Source: an uncultured Bacteroidales bacterium
GTDB lineage: Bacteria; Bacteroidota; Bacteroidia; Bacteroidales; VadinHA17
Reading direction: 5' to 3'
DNA length: 64,000 bases
Assembly (NCBI GenBank): GCA_963732435.1
Contig: CAVSZL010000008.1
Location: forward strand, 34,546-98,545
A model generated the notes under the pieces. That model made no database searches and had not been told where the DNA came from. It worked only from the letters and a program-made list of their open reading frames with translations. Numbering within the stretch: the stretch's first letter is position 1; each line of letters starts with the position of its first letter. Position numbers and translations under genes: made by a program. Of the stretch, positions 23,803 to 33,352 are shown piece after piece.

Positions 23803-25161
23803 CTAATTTGCCATTTTACTATCCTGAACCTCACCGCCCTTTGTCAGATCAACCCCATCATTTCTTAGGATTTCCTGTATTTTCTTAACCCCAATTTCTC
23901 TTGGCATCTTTTTCTCTTTTGAGGAAAGAGCAGCAGCAATACCTGCGGCATGACCTGTTGCAACACAATTACCAATACTTTTACCCGCTGCAGCACCTTC
24001 ATGGGTTGCAGAAATACATCGTCCCGCAGCAAGCAAACCATCTATTTGCTCAGGGACTATAGATCTGTAAGGTACCTGGTGAATCTTCATCTGTGTAACC
24101 CTTACAAAACCGATATCCAGCCAGCCACTTCGCCAGGCTATCACATCCTCAAATCTGCTTCCGTTAATGGAGTCTTCTTCTGTTATAATATAGGATCCCC
24201 TGATCCTCCGTGATTCCCTTACGCCGATCTGCGTGGATGCTCCCACGATCTCAACTTTTCCTAATTCTCCGCCGCCATATTCCCTCATAGCTTCGGTCAT
24301 TTGAACTGCCTGCCGACGACTTTGGCACTCCGCACCGGAAAACTGTTCAGGATCTGTAACATCAAAATTCCCCATTCCCTTGGTCCCGGAGTGATTGATA
24401 TAATAATGGTTACAATTTGAGATTTTTGACAGACCCCATCCGTCAGGAATAAGCGGATATTTTGTTTTAGCTTTTTTCGCCACGTCAGTCATATCTTTGG
24501 GTGAATAACTGTCAATGTTACTCACATTTAAAAGTAATGTCTGAGGGGCAAGGTTTCCTGTTTCCTTCAAAGTAGGAGCTCCGGCAAAATATGCAATATC
24601 AGCGTCACCTGAACAGTCGACAACGACATCTGCCATAATTTCTACCAATCCCGATTTCGTGGAGACAATTACACCAGTAACCCTGTTCCCATCCGTAATG
24701 GCATCTACTGCTTTTACATGAACAAGGTATTTACATCCGGCTTCGTCCAAAGCATCCAGAATTGCCACTTTAAGATATTCAACATTTACAAAAAACTGGT
24801 GTGTACTGAGTCTGACTGCCTGTTCTCCATAATTTTGAAGCTTCTTCAGTAAAAGTTCATGTATAAATCCGCGCGGTTCTGAATCAGGCCGCATTTGATT
24901 CATGCACATTCCAACACCCCAGGTGGCAACTCCCCCGAAGAAACCATAGTTTTCAATCAGCATCGTTTCAGCACCTGTCTTTGCAGCACCAATTGCAGCA
25001 CCGATTCCCGCCGGACCGCCTCCAACTACTAATACTTTTGTTTTAATAGTCTGCAATCTTTTCTTATTTATTATCTCCGGAGTTCGGGGTAAATTCCCAA
25101 ATAATTTATTCATTCCGAATAAAGACAAACCTGTTGCTGCCAAGAATTTTCTGCGTTGCAT
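23803..25161 (-). CDS. FAD-dependent oxidoreductase with twin-arginine-type signal
   Basis: MQRRKFLAATGLSLFG is TAT-like (RRxFL). Dinucleotide-binding motif VLVVGGGPAGIGAAIGAAKTG. Resembles the FAD_oxidored-type proteins seen in glycan loci. Confidence 0.75.
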   Translation of the reverse strand: MQRRKFLAATGLSLFGMNKLFGNLPRTPEIINKKRLQTIKTKVLVVGGGPAGIGAAIGAAKTGAETMLIENYGFFGGVATWGVGMCMNQMRPDSEPRGFIHELLLKKLQNYGEQAVRLSTHQFFVNVEYLKVAILDALDEAGCKYLVHVKAVDAITDGNRVTGVIVSTKSGLVEIMADVVVDCSGDADIAYFAGAPTLKETGNLAPQTLLLNVSNIDSYSPKDMTDVAKKAKTKYPLIPDGWGLSKISNCNHYYINHSGTKGMGNFDVTDPEQFSGAECQSRRQAVQMTEAMREYGGGELGKVEIVGASTQIGVRESRRIRGSYIITEEDSINGSRFEDVIAWRSGWLDIGFVRVTQMKIHQVPYRSIVPEQIDGLLAAGRCISATHEGAAAGKSIGNCVATGHAAGIAAALSSKEKKMPREIGVKKIQEILRNDGVDLTKGGEVQDSKMAN

Positions 25162-25613
25162 AATACTTTCTGATTTAAAATTATAGATACCTATGCATTA
25201 TCAGGGAATACTAATCAATTCCCCTACCTGCTGCTATACCGGCCATGCTAACTGTTCCATGATGAACTTCCTTATTTATTATTCATGATTAATAAGAATA
25301 CAATCAGCATACTGTTATATCTACCAGTGACCTGTTAATACCAACAGCAAGTGAAAATAATATAAAATTATTGATTAAGAAAAGACTATGATGAAAAATC
25401 CTATCTCTTGATTAATCTATTTATATGGAGCAAGGTTAACAGTAAGTGCCCGCTACTGTTTCCTTATGTTTATTTAAAAGGTCGGGTTTTAACAAAGTAT
25501 GGTCTATTATTTATAGTCTGTTATCAGAATCCAATTAAGCCAGATTTACTGCTTTGGATTTCTTAAATTAAGGAATGTATTACTAATATAAGATTGGTTA
25601 TAAAACACCATAC

Positions 25614-26414
25614 CTAATCAATCAGTCTTATCATTTCTGTTGGCATATTTCGGTTCAGTACTGATATATTCTGTTGATCACTTAGAACTATACCCCTTTC
25701 AGAGAAAGTCTGCTGAAGGGTATGAAGCACTAATTCCGGTGTATTATTATTTTTACTCAGATGGGCAAGATAGATATCTCTAAGGTTTTCACTCATAATT
25801 TCAGCCAGAAAAGATGAGGTCTGATGGTTTCCTAAATGACCATGATCTGATTTAATCCTTGCTTTCAGAAAATGAGGATATTTGCCATTTGCAAGCATCT
25901 CCTCATCGTAATTTGACTCTATGATAATGAAGTTGGCTGCTTTGATATAATGAGCAGCAGTCTGGCAGATATGGCCAAGGTCGGTAGCTATTGTTATTTT
26001 TTTATCCCCATAACAAATATGGAATCCAACCGTTTCAGGAGCATCGTGGCAAACCGGAAATGCTTCGATAACAAAACCTGCCAGATGGAATTTTTGTTTT
26101 AATCCGATTTCGCGTATACAATCCGGGGATATTTTCTTCTGCGAAGAGAGAATACTATTCCATATTTTGGGGGTAGTGAATGCAGGAAGGTTGTTCTTCC
26201 TGATTAACAACTCCAATCCTCTGATATGATCTATATGATTGTGTGTTATCATTACTCCCATAATTGTTTGCATCGGAATTTCCATATTCCTGAGAAACTT
26301 ACGTATGGAGGTTGCCGGAATTCCTGAATCGATTAGAATTCCATGAGATTCATTACCCAGATAATAACAATTTCCGCTGCTTCCGCTACTGAGACTGCAA
26401 AAATTCAAACTCAT
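25614..26414 (-). CDS. MBL-fold metallo-hydrolase
   Basis: HxHxDH motif ITHNHIDHIRG. ATG at 26414 (MSLNFCSL...) is preferred over the upstream TTG of the track ORF. Confidence 0.8.
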   Translation of the reverse strand: MSLNFCSLSSGSSGNCYYLGNESHGILIDSGIPATSIRKFLRNMEIPMQTIMGVMITHNHIDHIRGLELLIRKNNLPAFTTPKIWNSILSSQKKISPDCIREIGLKQKFHLAGFVIEAFPVCHDAPETVGFHICYGDKKITIATDLGHICQTAAHYIKAANFIIIESNYDEEMLANGKYPHFLKARIKSDHGHLGNHQTSSFLAEIMSENLRDIYLAHLSKNNNTPELVLHTLQQTFSERGIVLSDQQNISVLNRNMPTEMIRLID

Positions 26415-26717
26415 CAATTCTTTCTTTATCGGAGCCAAAGGTATATATAAGTATTATTTAAAACCTGTTGAATTGTCCTTGTTCCTGAGAAAAAATAATT
26501 ACACCTGTCTGAGAGCAATACTTGTTGGATTATTACTGGTGTATAGTGTTCTCTGATTACAATTTGAGACTATAAAGCAGAGACTTAAAGTGTAAAATCC
26601 GAATTAAACTTGCAATCTGGTTCCGATTATCCCCAATGAATGAAAAATTTATTTTAACAATATGTGAGTCATTGTTTAATAATTACAAACTTCCTCTGTT
26701 TGTTATACCATAATAAC

Positions 26718-26725
26718 TATTTTTG
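26718..26725 (+). promoter_or_regulatory. Bacteroidota -7 promoter element (TAnnTTTG) upstream of xth
   Basis: TATTTTTG lies 22 nt upstream of the ATG at 26747. Confidence 0.35.
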
Positions 26726-26746
26726 CGATTTACCAAGATTGAGACT

Positions 26747-27508
26747 ATGAAAATTGTGTCCTGGAACGTAAACGGAATCCGTGCTATTGCCAAAAAATCT
26801 TTTTTTACTGATCTTGAAATTCTTGGAGCCGACATCCTTTGCCTGCAGGAAACAAAAGCCCAGGAACATCAGGTTGCCGAAACTCTTGCGCCACTGAAAG
26901 ACCATCATATCTATTCAAATTCTGCGGATAAACCTGGTTACTCCGGAACAGCTGTTGTCTCAAAAATTGTTCCACTGAATGTAACAAAAGGTATTAATAA
27001 TAAGGATCATGATACGGAAGGCAGGGTATTGTCTCTGGAATTTGAATCATTCTTCCTGGTAAATGTATACGTGCCTAACTCTGGCAGTGAATTAAAGCGG
27101 TTAAGCTATCGGCAGTCCTGGGATAAGGCTTTTTTTGACTATCTGAAAGATCTGGAACGGAACAAACCTGTTATTGTGTGCGGCGACTTAAATGTTGCCC
27201 ATAAAGAGATCGACCTTGCTCGCCCGAAAGCCAATTACAATAAATCAGCAGGTTATATGCAGGAGGAGATAGATGGAATGGACCGGTTTACTGAAGGAGG
27301 ACTGGCTGATACCTTCCGCCGTCTTCATCCGAATGAGTCAGGAAGATACACCTGGTGGAGTTACATGGCAGGTGCAAGATCAAAGAATATAGGATGGAGG
27401 ATCGATTATTTTCTGGTCACCGAATCCTTCCTGCCTGCAGTAAAGGATGCCTTTATTCTGGAAGAAATGACCGGCTCTGATCATTGCCCTGTAGGAATAG
27501 TGCTATAG
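26747..27508 (+). CDS. xth: Exodeoxyribonuclease III
   Basis: MKIVSWNVNGIR...LCLQETK...GDLNVAH...SDHCPV. These are canonical ExoIII/APE family motifs. Confidence 0.92.
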   Translation: MKIVSWNVNGIRAIAKKSFFTDLEILGADILCLQETKAQEHQVAETLAPLKDHHIYSNSADKPGYSGTAVVSKIVPLNVTKGINNKDHDTEGRVLSLEFESFFLVNVYVPNSGSELKRLSYRQSWDKAFFDYLKDLERNKPVIVCGDLNVAHKEIDLARPKANYNKSAGYMQEEIDGMDRFTEGGLADTFRRLHPNESGRYTWWSYMAGARSKNIGWRIDYFLVTESFLPAVKDAFILEEMTGSDHCPVGIVL

Positions 27509-27600
27509 CTTTAACAATATAAAGACTTGAATATAAATTAAATCAGGCCTGCATCAATCGGGATCATGACTTAACTCATCAAATATATTGACCTTAAAAA

Positions 27601-28044
27601 TTGATAGAAGGATTATTTGATTACAGCCTCTGGGGATTATTTCTGGCCAGTTTCCTGGCAGCCACTGTTGTGCCTTTCAGTTCGGAAGCGCTCCTCTCCT
27701 ACCTCATAATCAACGGAACAGATGCTTATACAGCAGTTATAGTGGCTTCAGCCGGAAACTGGTTGGGGGGGATGAGCAGCTTTGCCATTGGTTATCTTGG
27801 TAAATGGGAATGGATTGAAAAGTACCTGAGGATAAAACGTGAAACCATTGAAAAATGGCATAACCGGCTTTACAAAAGAGGAGCTCTTTTTGCTTTTCTA
27901 TCCTGGGTTCCGGCAGTAGGAGATATTTTTGCGGTCGGGCTCGGAATTCTGAGGGCAAATATCATAATTACTGCCACTGCCATGCTGGCTGGAAAATTTT
28001 TACGCTATGTGATCTGGGGTTGGGTGACCGGACTTGTATTCTGA
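27601..28044 (+). CDS. YqaA/DedA-related inner-membrane protein
   Basis: Multi-TM protein. FLAATVVPFSSEALL resembles the YqaA family. Only a TTG start is available after the in-frame stop at 27595. Confidence 0.6.
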   Translation: MIEGLFDYSLWGLFLASFLAATVVPFSSEALLSYLIINGTDAYTAVIVASAGNWLGGMSSFAIGYLGKWEWIEKYLRIKRETIEKWHNRLYKRGALFAFLSWVPAVGDIFAVGLGILRANIIITATAMLAGKFLRYVIWGWVTGLVF

Positions 28045-28058
28045 GTAATGCTTTTCAG

Positions 28059-28568
28059 TTAATTTTTATATGGGCTCATTGTCCAGAATTGGCCTTTATA
28101 GAAATTCCAGACTGAATCGAATCCTGCAGGCAGATAATATTCAATATAGTCTTTATTTATAAGGACTTTGTTATACTTTATTTCCTTTTTAAACAGTTCC
28201 TGGATTATGCCTTTGCTATATAAAAAAACGAAAAGAAATGCTGTTCCCTTATACTCATTTACTGCCACTATTTCCATATCACCATCTGCACCAAAATCAT
28301 ATTCATAAATATTCAGCCTGGAAATATCTTCTCCTACAATTTGTTTCACTGTCCTGTCTTTATATACAATTTCAAAATAACATGACCCCTGATTACATCC
28401 TACCCTGACCATTTCACTTGAGGATAATTTACCCTGGGCTTTCATTGCATCCTTTCTTGCAAGAAGAACCTGTAACTTGTTGCCGGAGAATGTAATATCC
28501 GGTTGAAGTTTCTGTGCAGAGATACTTAGCGATACCAGCAGGAGGAAAAAAATAGTCCACTTTTTCAT
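28059..28568 (-). CDS. Hypothetical secreted protein
   Basis: Internal Met gives signal peptide MKKWTIFFLLLVSLSISAQ. No recognisable family. Confidence 0.5.
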   Translation of the reverse strand: MKKWTIFFLLLVSLSISAQKLQPDITFSGNKLQVLLARKDAMKAQGKLSSSEMVRVGCNQGSCYFEIVYKDRTVKQIVGEDISRLNIYEYDFGADGDMEIVAVNEYKGTAFLFVFLYSKGIIQELFKKEIKYNKVLINKDYIEYYLPAGFDSVWNFYKGQFWTMSPYKN

Positions 28569-28844
28569 GACAATCTGGATTATGTTATAATTCAAAATAT
28601 TAAATATCAGTACCAGAATTTAAATATCTTATTTCTATTCACGGTTAATTAAAACCTGACACTTATTAAAACTGATCATCTGTAATAAAATTGTGTAAAA
28701 CCTGATTTTTGATCCGTTCAGAATATTTAATAAACAGAATCAAAGGATAACAGAATCTTCTGATATGCAGAACCGGGAGATAAATAATGAATGAGTTCTG
28801 TAATTGTATTCCGGATGGAAGAAGTGAAATGCCAGACTAAACGA

Positions 28845-29492
28845 TTAAATACATTGCAAAATCTCAGGATAATGTAAAACTGATGGCTTGCCAACCGGAT
28901 TTTTACTTAAACCAACCATTGCTTTTGCCAGCTTTTCCACCGGCATACTCCTGTATTTTTTTAAAGATCCTGTCAGGACAGGATCCGTCAATTTCATAAC
29001 GTATGAAGCAATTTTCTCCGCAAGCCTAAATTCTTTCCTCTTCCCGACCAGAAGTCCGGGTCTGAAATGAAATACCTTTTGGGGGAAGAACCTCTCTGTG
29101 CCTTCTTCCATCTCTGCTTTTGTTTTCAAATAAAATCCGCCTTTCTTATTCGCCCCAACACTTGATACATTCAGCATGATTCCAACCCCGTTTTCAGAAG
29201 CAATTCTGGCAAAACCTACAGGTAAATCCCTGTCGATCCGCTGCTGTTCCTGTTTACTGCCTGCCTGCTTTATTGTTGTTCCCAAAGCGTTAAATAACAC
29301 ATCCCCTTTAATATAAGAACTCAGGGAAAAGACATCAGTCAATGGATCAACAGTCTCTCTTATTTTTTCATGTAAAATCCCCGTCGGTTTACGGACAAAA
29401 ATCCTTACTTCCGTGAAATAGTTATCATCCAGAACTTCTTTCAGTATCAAATTCCCTACTAAGCCGGATGCTCCAATTAAAATTGCTTTCAT
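28845..29492 (-). CDS. NAD(P)H-binding (atypical SDR/NmrA-like) protein
   Basis: N-terminal Rossmann motif MKAILIGASGLVGNLIL. Confidence 0.7.
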   Translation of the reverse strand: MKAILIGASGLVGNLILKEVLDDNYFTEVRIFVRKPTGILHEKIRETVDPLTDVFSLSSYIKGDVLFNALGTTIKQAGSKQEQQRIDRDLPVGFARIASENGVGIMLNVSSVGANKKGGFYLKTKAEMEEGTERFFPQKVFHFRPGLLVGKRKEFRLAEKIASYVMKLTDPVLTGSLKKYRSMPVEKLAKAMVGLSKNPVGKPSVLHYPEILQCI

Positions 29493-29525
29493 TTAGAAAT
29501 ATTATTATTATGCAACCTTATAATT

Positions 29526-30359
29526 TCAGATGGTTTGAATATTAAGAAACATTTGAGAGGCTAAGTACCCAAAATATAATCCAATCAGGCAAAGAACAAT
29601 ACTCATGATTTTAACTAATCGTGACAAAAACATAATATTGATTGCTTTTCGGAATCGGGTTATAAGAACTGTCAGGATATAAAACCAGGAAATACTTCCT
29701 ACTGAAATAAAAAAAGCATAAAACAGACTAATTAATAAATGAAAATAGGAGGGAAAATTGGAATTTTCATTATGAGTGTTTTTTACTCCCTGTCCGGTAG
29801 CTGAATTAATAAATAAACTATCATTTAAACTGCTTTCAAAATTACTGATTTCCTTAACACTCTGGTCTATAAAAATATCCAATCCTCCTGTATTAAATCC
29901 AAGAGAAGAAACAAAGGAGATTACCAGGAATGTCGAAGTAAGCCATCCGATTAATAACATTGGATTACAAAAGTTAATCAGGCTTCCTGTATAGAAACCA
30001 CCTTTTTCCCTTTTTCTGATTTTCTCACTCAATTGACTTTTATCTTCAAAATGTTCAAAATCAATTTTCGTAGTGAAAATCTTGTATCCCAGATATAAAA
30101 GAATTATTGATCCGAAGGAGAGGAGATAAGGAATGGCCGGTTTGTAAAAAGAATACAATTTTGTCAAACCATAGACTGCGACAAATACATAAGTAAATGT
30201 TGCAAGAGATGCCCCGATATTCACCAAAATACAATAGCGGAACCTTCCTTTGAGTGCATTGGTTGTAATGAGGATGCTGATAGGTCCGGCAATTGGCATC
30301 GAAAAAATAACCCCTGCAAGTAATCCAACAATTGATATAGTAATTATACTTTCTGTCAT
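29526..30359 (-). CDS. LysE/RhtB-type translocator-like membrane protein with enlarged central loop
   Basis: Multi-TM protein. The N-terminus (GLLAGVIFSMPIAGPISILITTNALKG) is LysE-family-like. At 277 aa it is longer than typical members. Confidence 0.55.
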   Translation of the reverse strand: MTESIITISIVGLLAGVIFSMPIAGPISILITTNALKGRFRYCILVNIGASLATFTYVFVAVYGLTKLYSFYKPAIPYLLSFGSIILLYLGYKIFTTKIDFEHFEDKSQLSEKIRKREKGGFYTGSLINFCNPMLLIGWLTSTFLVISFVSSLGFNTGGLDIFIDQSVKEISNFESSLNDSLFINSATGQGVKNTHNENSNFPSYFHLLISLFYAFFISVGSISWFYILTVLITRFRKAINIMFLSRLVKIMSIVLCLIGLYFGYLASQMFLNIQTI

Positions 30360-30472
30360 TTAACCTTTCCTGCTTTACTGAAAATGATTTAATATAAGTA
30401 CATACTTTATCTTGTTATGTTTCTGTTGAGGATTCGCAAAGCATAAAAAATATTTTCTCCGGATTAATATTG

Positions 30473-31372
30473 TTATTTAATAATTACGTGATCTAACTTA
30501 AATTGAGTAATGTATGATTTATCGACTTTATGCTGAATTATCCAGATTATCAGTGCATAGATGTTCAGACCCACAATTGTAATCCAAAAATAGATGTCGT
30601 AACGACTGAACAGAGAACAGACAATCAATGCTGTTCTGACAATTGACGGTCCCATAAAAACCCATAGACGAATCAGAAATCTGTTCTTCCTGTAATACTC
30701 TTCTGAAGAGACATTGGGTAATTCAGGTTTCTTTTTTTTGCCAATAAGGTTTTTTTGGAATTTTGAATATACAAGATAAATCCCAATAACATTTTTTTCA
30801 ATCCATTTTCCTTTTTGCTCCTTCAGTATTAAGTATTCTTCCCTGTAAGCGTCAACACCTTCAGCAAAAGTATTCTTCCGTTTATTGATTATATCAAGAA
30901 ATCGTGTTCTGTAAAAATCAACCAGCATATCCTGAATTATAATGCTGACACCGGATAAAAGCAACAGACCCAAAATAAAAAAGGGTTGTCCGTCTTTTTG
31001 TGAATATCCGATTGCAATCCCTATATAAATTGCAGTTACAACAATGTAATCGGCTATACCATCGAGTAACCTGCCCATTGAAGAACCATTTTTTTTTAGC
31101 CGTGCAAGCTGACCATCACTGCAATCCAGAATAATAAACAATATAAAGAAAACAGCGCCGATATTGCTGGCCGACTGTAAACCAAATGTGTAGAATACTC
31201 CTCCGATTAATCCCATTACAATTGCGGCTAATGTAAGCTGATCCGGTGTAATTCTTGTATTATAAATCAATTTGATAAGGAGGAATGCAAGGGGCCTGTA
31301 AATAATCAGGTCGACAAATTCCTCTACCTCTGTCATTTTAAGAGATTTTTTATATTCAGTAAACCAGCTCAT
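30473..31372 (-). CDS. CDP-alcohol phosphatidyltransferase family protein
   Basis: Signature DCSDGQLARLKKNGSSMGRLLDGIADY matches D-x2-DG-x2-AR-x8-G-x3-D-x3-D. Multi-TM. Start chosen at MSWFTEYKK to avoid overlap with the SDR gene. Confidence 0.85.
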   Translation of the reverse strand: MSWFTEYKKSLKMTEVEEFVDLIIYRPLAFLLIKLIYNTRITPDQLTLAAIVMGLIGGVFYTFGLQSASNIGAVFFILFIILDCSDGQLARLKKNGSSMGRLLDGIADYIVVTAIYIGIAIGYSQKDGQPFFILGLLLLSGVSIIIQDMLVDFYRTRFLDIINKRKNTFAEGVDAYREEYLILKEQKGKWIEKNVIGIYLVYSKFQKNLIGKKKKPELPNVSSEEYYRKNRFLIRLWVFMGPSIVRTALIVCSLFSRYDIYFWITIVGLNIYALIIWIIQHKVDKSYITQFKLDHVIIK

Positions 31373-31385
31373 AATTCCCCTTTCT

Positions 31386-32111
31386 TTATTGATATGAATA
31401 CCCACCATCAATTGTAATAATCTCTCCATTTAAATAATGACTATCTATAATGAATAAATAGACAGAAGCAACTTCTTCCGGTGTAGCAAAACGTTTTAAT
31501 GATATTTTCGACTTTATATTTTCCCTGATATCTGACGGTTTATCTTTCTGCCATTCTGTATCAACAAAACCCGGCGATACACAATTAATTCTGATGTTAT
31601 AAGGAATCAGAAATTTTACAAGATTTTTAACCATGGCATGAACTGCGGATTTGGTAATGCCGTATGAAATGGATACAGAGTGTGGAAATATTGCCATTGA
31701 AGAACCGGTAAATATAATATTTGACCCGCTTTTTAACAATGGTAAAAACCTCTGAATCAAAAACAATGGTGTTGTGATATTCATATTAACAACAGATTCC
31801 CACTCCTCCATTGTAATGTCAGTTACACCTTTTCTTACTGTCTTTCCGGCGTTCAGAATAAGAACATCAATGGTTTCAGTTATTTTCTTAACTTCAGAAA
31901 ACAGGAATGCAATATTTTCTGTATTCGAGAGATCGCATTTGATCAGATAGTAAAAATTTCCGAATTCAGTTTCAAATTCCTGCCTGGTTAAAAGAGCAGA
32001 TGTATCATCATTATGATAAACAGATATTACTGCAAAGCCCTGATTTAATAGCTGCCGGCAGATCTCTTTTCCAATTCCCTTTGTTCCTCCGGTTACAATT
32101 GAATATTTCAT
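31386..32111 (-). CDS. Short-chain dehydrogenase/reductase (SDR)
   Basis: TGGTKGIGKEI cofactor motif and YGITKSA (YxxxK) catalytic motif. Confidence 0.88.
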   Translation of the reverse strand: MKYSIVTGGTKGIGKEICRQLLNQGFAVISVYHNDDTSALLTRQEFETEFGNFYYLIKCDLSNTENIAFLFSEVKKITETIDVLILNAGKTVRKGVTDITMEEWESVVNMNITTPLFLIQRFLPLLKSGSNIIFTGSSMAIFPHSVSISYGITKSAVHAMVKNLVKFLIPYNIRINCVSPGFVDTEWQKDKPSDIRENIKSKISLKRFATPEEVASVYLFIIDSHYLNGEIITIDGGYSYQ

Positions 32112-32116
32112 TTATC

Positions 32117-32563
32117 CTATTTAATATCAGGATTCTTATGCTTATCTATTTTATTCTTCATCTTTAGATAGTTTGCATGAATCTTCTCTTTTACATTTGA
32201 ACTGTTAGTCCCTTTGCCGTAAGGGAAATAAAAGACTTGTACTCCTAAACTTTCAAGATAATCGTATTTTCCAAACCAATCATCCCCAATTACAAATGAA
32301 TTAATATGAAGCTTCTTTATTAATTCTGTATGGTCTAATGTATGCTGGGGGATTACAATATCAGGATATTTGAGAGCTTCTATAATCTGAATTCTTTCCT
32401 CAAATGGAATTATTGACGGCTTTTTATATGTACTTACCAGTTCATCTGTACTTACACCAACTATCAGAACATCTCCTAATCCTCTTGCATATTTAATCAT
32501 TTTGAGATGATTACTATGGAAAAGATCAAAAGTGCCTGAAGTGTAAACTATTATTTGATTCAT
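32117..32563 (-). CDS. TagD-like cytidylyltransferase (glycerol-3-phosphate cytidylyltransferase family)
   Basis: SGTFDLFHSNHLKMI is an HxGH-type nucleotidyltransferase motif variant. 148 aa, typical of the family. Confidence 0.8.
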   Translation of the reverse strand: MNQIIVYTSGTFDLFHSNHLKMIKYARGLGDVLIVGVSTDELVSTYKKPSIIPFEERIQIIEALKYPDIVIPQHTLDHTELIKKLHINSFVIGDDWFGKYDYLESLGVQVFYFPYGKGTNSSNVKEKIHANYLKMKNKIDKHKNPDIK

Positions 32564-32891
32564 TCCATGGAGATATAATTAATAATAGATGTGAAAATAG
32601 TGAATTTTATTTGTTGTGAACATATATAACTCAATTTGTTCAACATAATTGTAATCCATAGAAGTTAAAATAGTAGTAATATAAATTACTTAGTGGTATT
32701 TAAAACATTTAAAATAATCTGCCTTTTTCTTCATGTGCATGGAAATAAAAGCTTCAGTATGCCTGTCTTATTCATATATTAACCAGAAAGATAAAGTTTC
32801 GTCGCCGGAATTAACCGGTTTGCAGATTTTTTTTTTAATAGTTGAACTGACTCTTGATATTTGCTTCATGTTTAACTAAAAATTTAATATT

Positions 32892-33275
32892 ATGAAAAAA
32901 TTTACTGAGATTTCAATCCATCTTACCTTCTGGATTTTATTTACTGCTGTTGTATATGTACTAAGTAAAATTTATCTGGAAGTGAAACCTGATGCCCCTT
33001 TTTCAAATCATTTCACTTATGTAATTTTTCTGGAAGTATTCATGGGGGTTATTTTTTTCTATACAACATACTTTTGCATTCCCTGGGCGAAAAAGAAACA
33101 AACTAATGCTTTAATCCTGACAATAATTCTTCTTTTCCTTTTGATGTTCTTTGCATTTCCGGCAATGAAGATCGGGGTTTTGCAAGTAATGAGTTCAATT
33201 ATTCCTCATTTGTTACTGATATTTGTTGCAATTCTTTTAAAACTATACTCTATTTCTGTAAGGTCTTTGACATAA
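32892..33275 (+). CDS. Four-TM membrane protein, stand-alone paralog of the sensor domain of the downstream histidine kinase
   Basis: By eye, 44 of the first 70 residues are identical (63%) to the N-terminus of 33353..34342 (shared SKIYL..KPDAPFS, IFFY, FAxPAMK, QVMSSxIPHL). There is no kinase core. Confidence 0.65.
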   Translation: MKKFTEISIHLTFWILFTAVVYVLSKIYLEVKPDAPFSNHFTYVIFLEVFMGVIFFYTTYFCIPWAKKKQTNALILTIILLFLLMFFAFPAMKIGVLQVMSSIIPHLLLIFVAILLKLYSISVRSLT

Positions 33276-33352
33276 TTAAGTTTCTCTCCTTTCTTAAGCT
33301 TTCTGCAGATATTAATGTTAGCTTAATATTTTAAGACTAAATTTACACAATC

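Noticed and set aside
25162-26746. Boundary between the CAZyme block and the housekeeping block, searched for island junction signatures (tRNA, integrase, direct repeats)
   Set aside because: No tRNA-like sequence, integrase or transposase ORF, or repeat was detectable by eye. There are only ordinary AT-rich spacers around an MBL-fold hydrolase gene.
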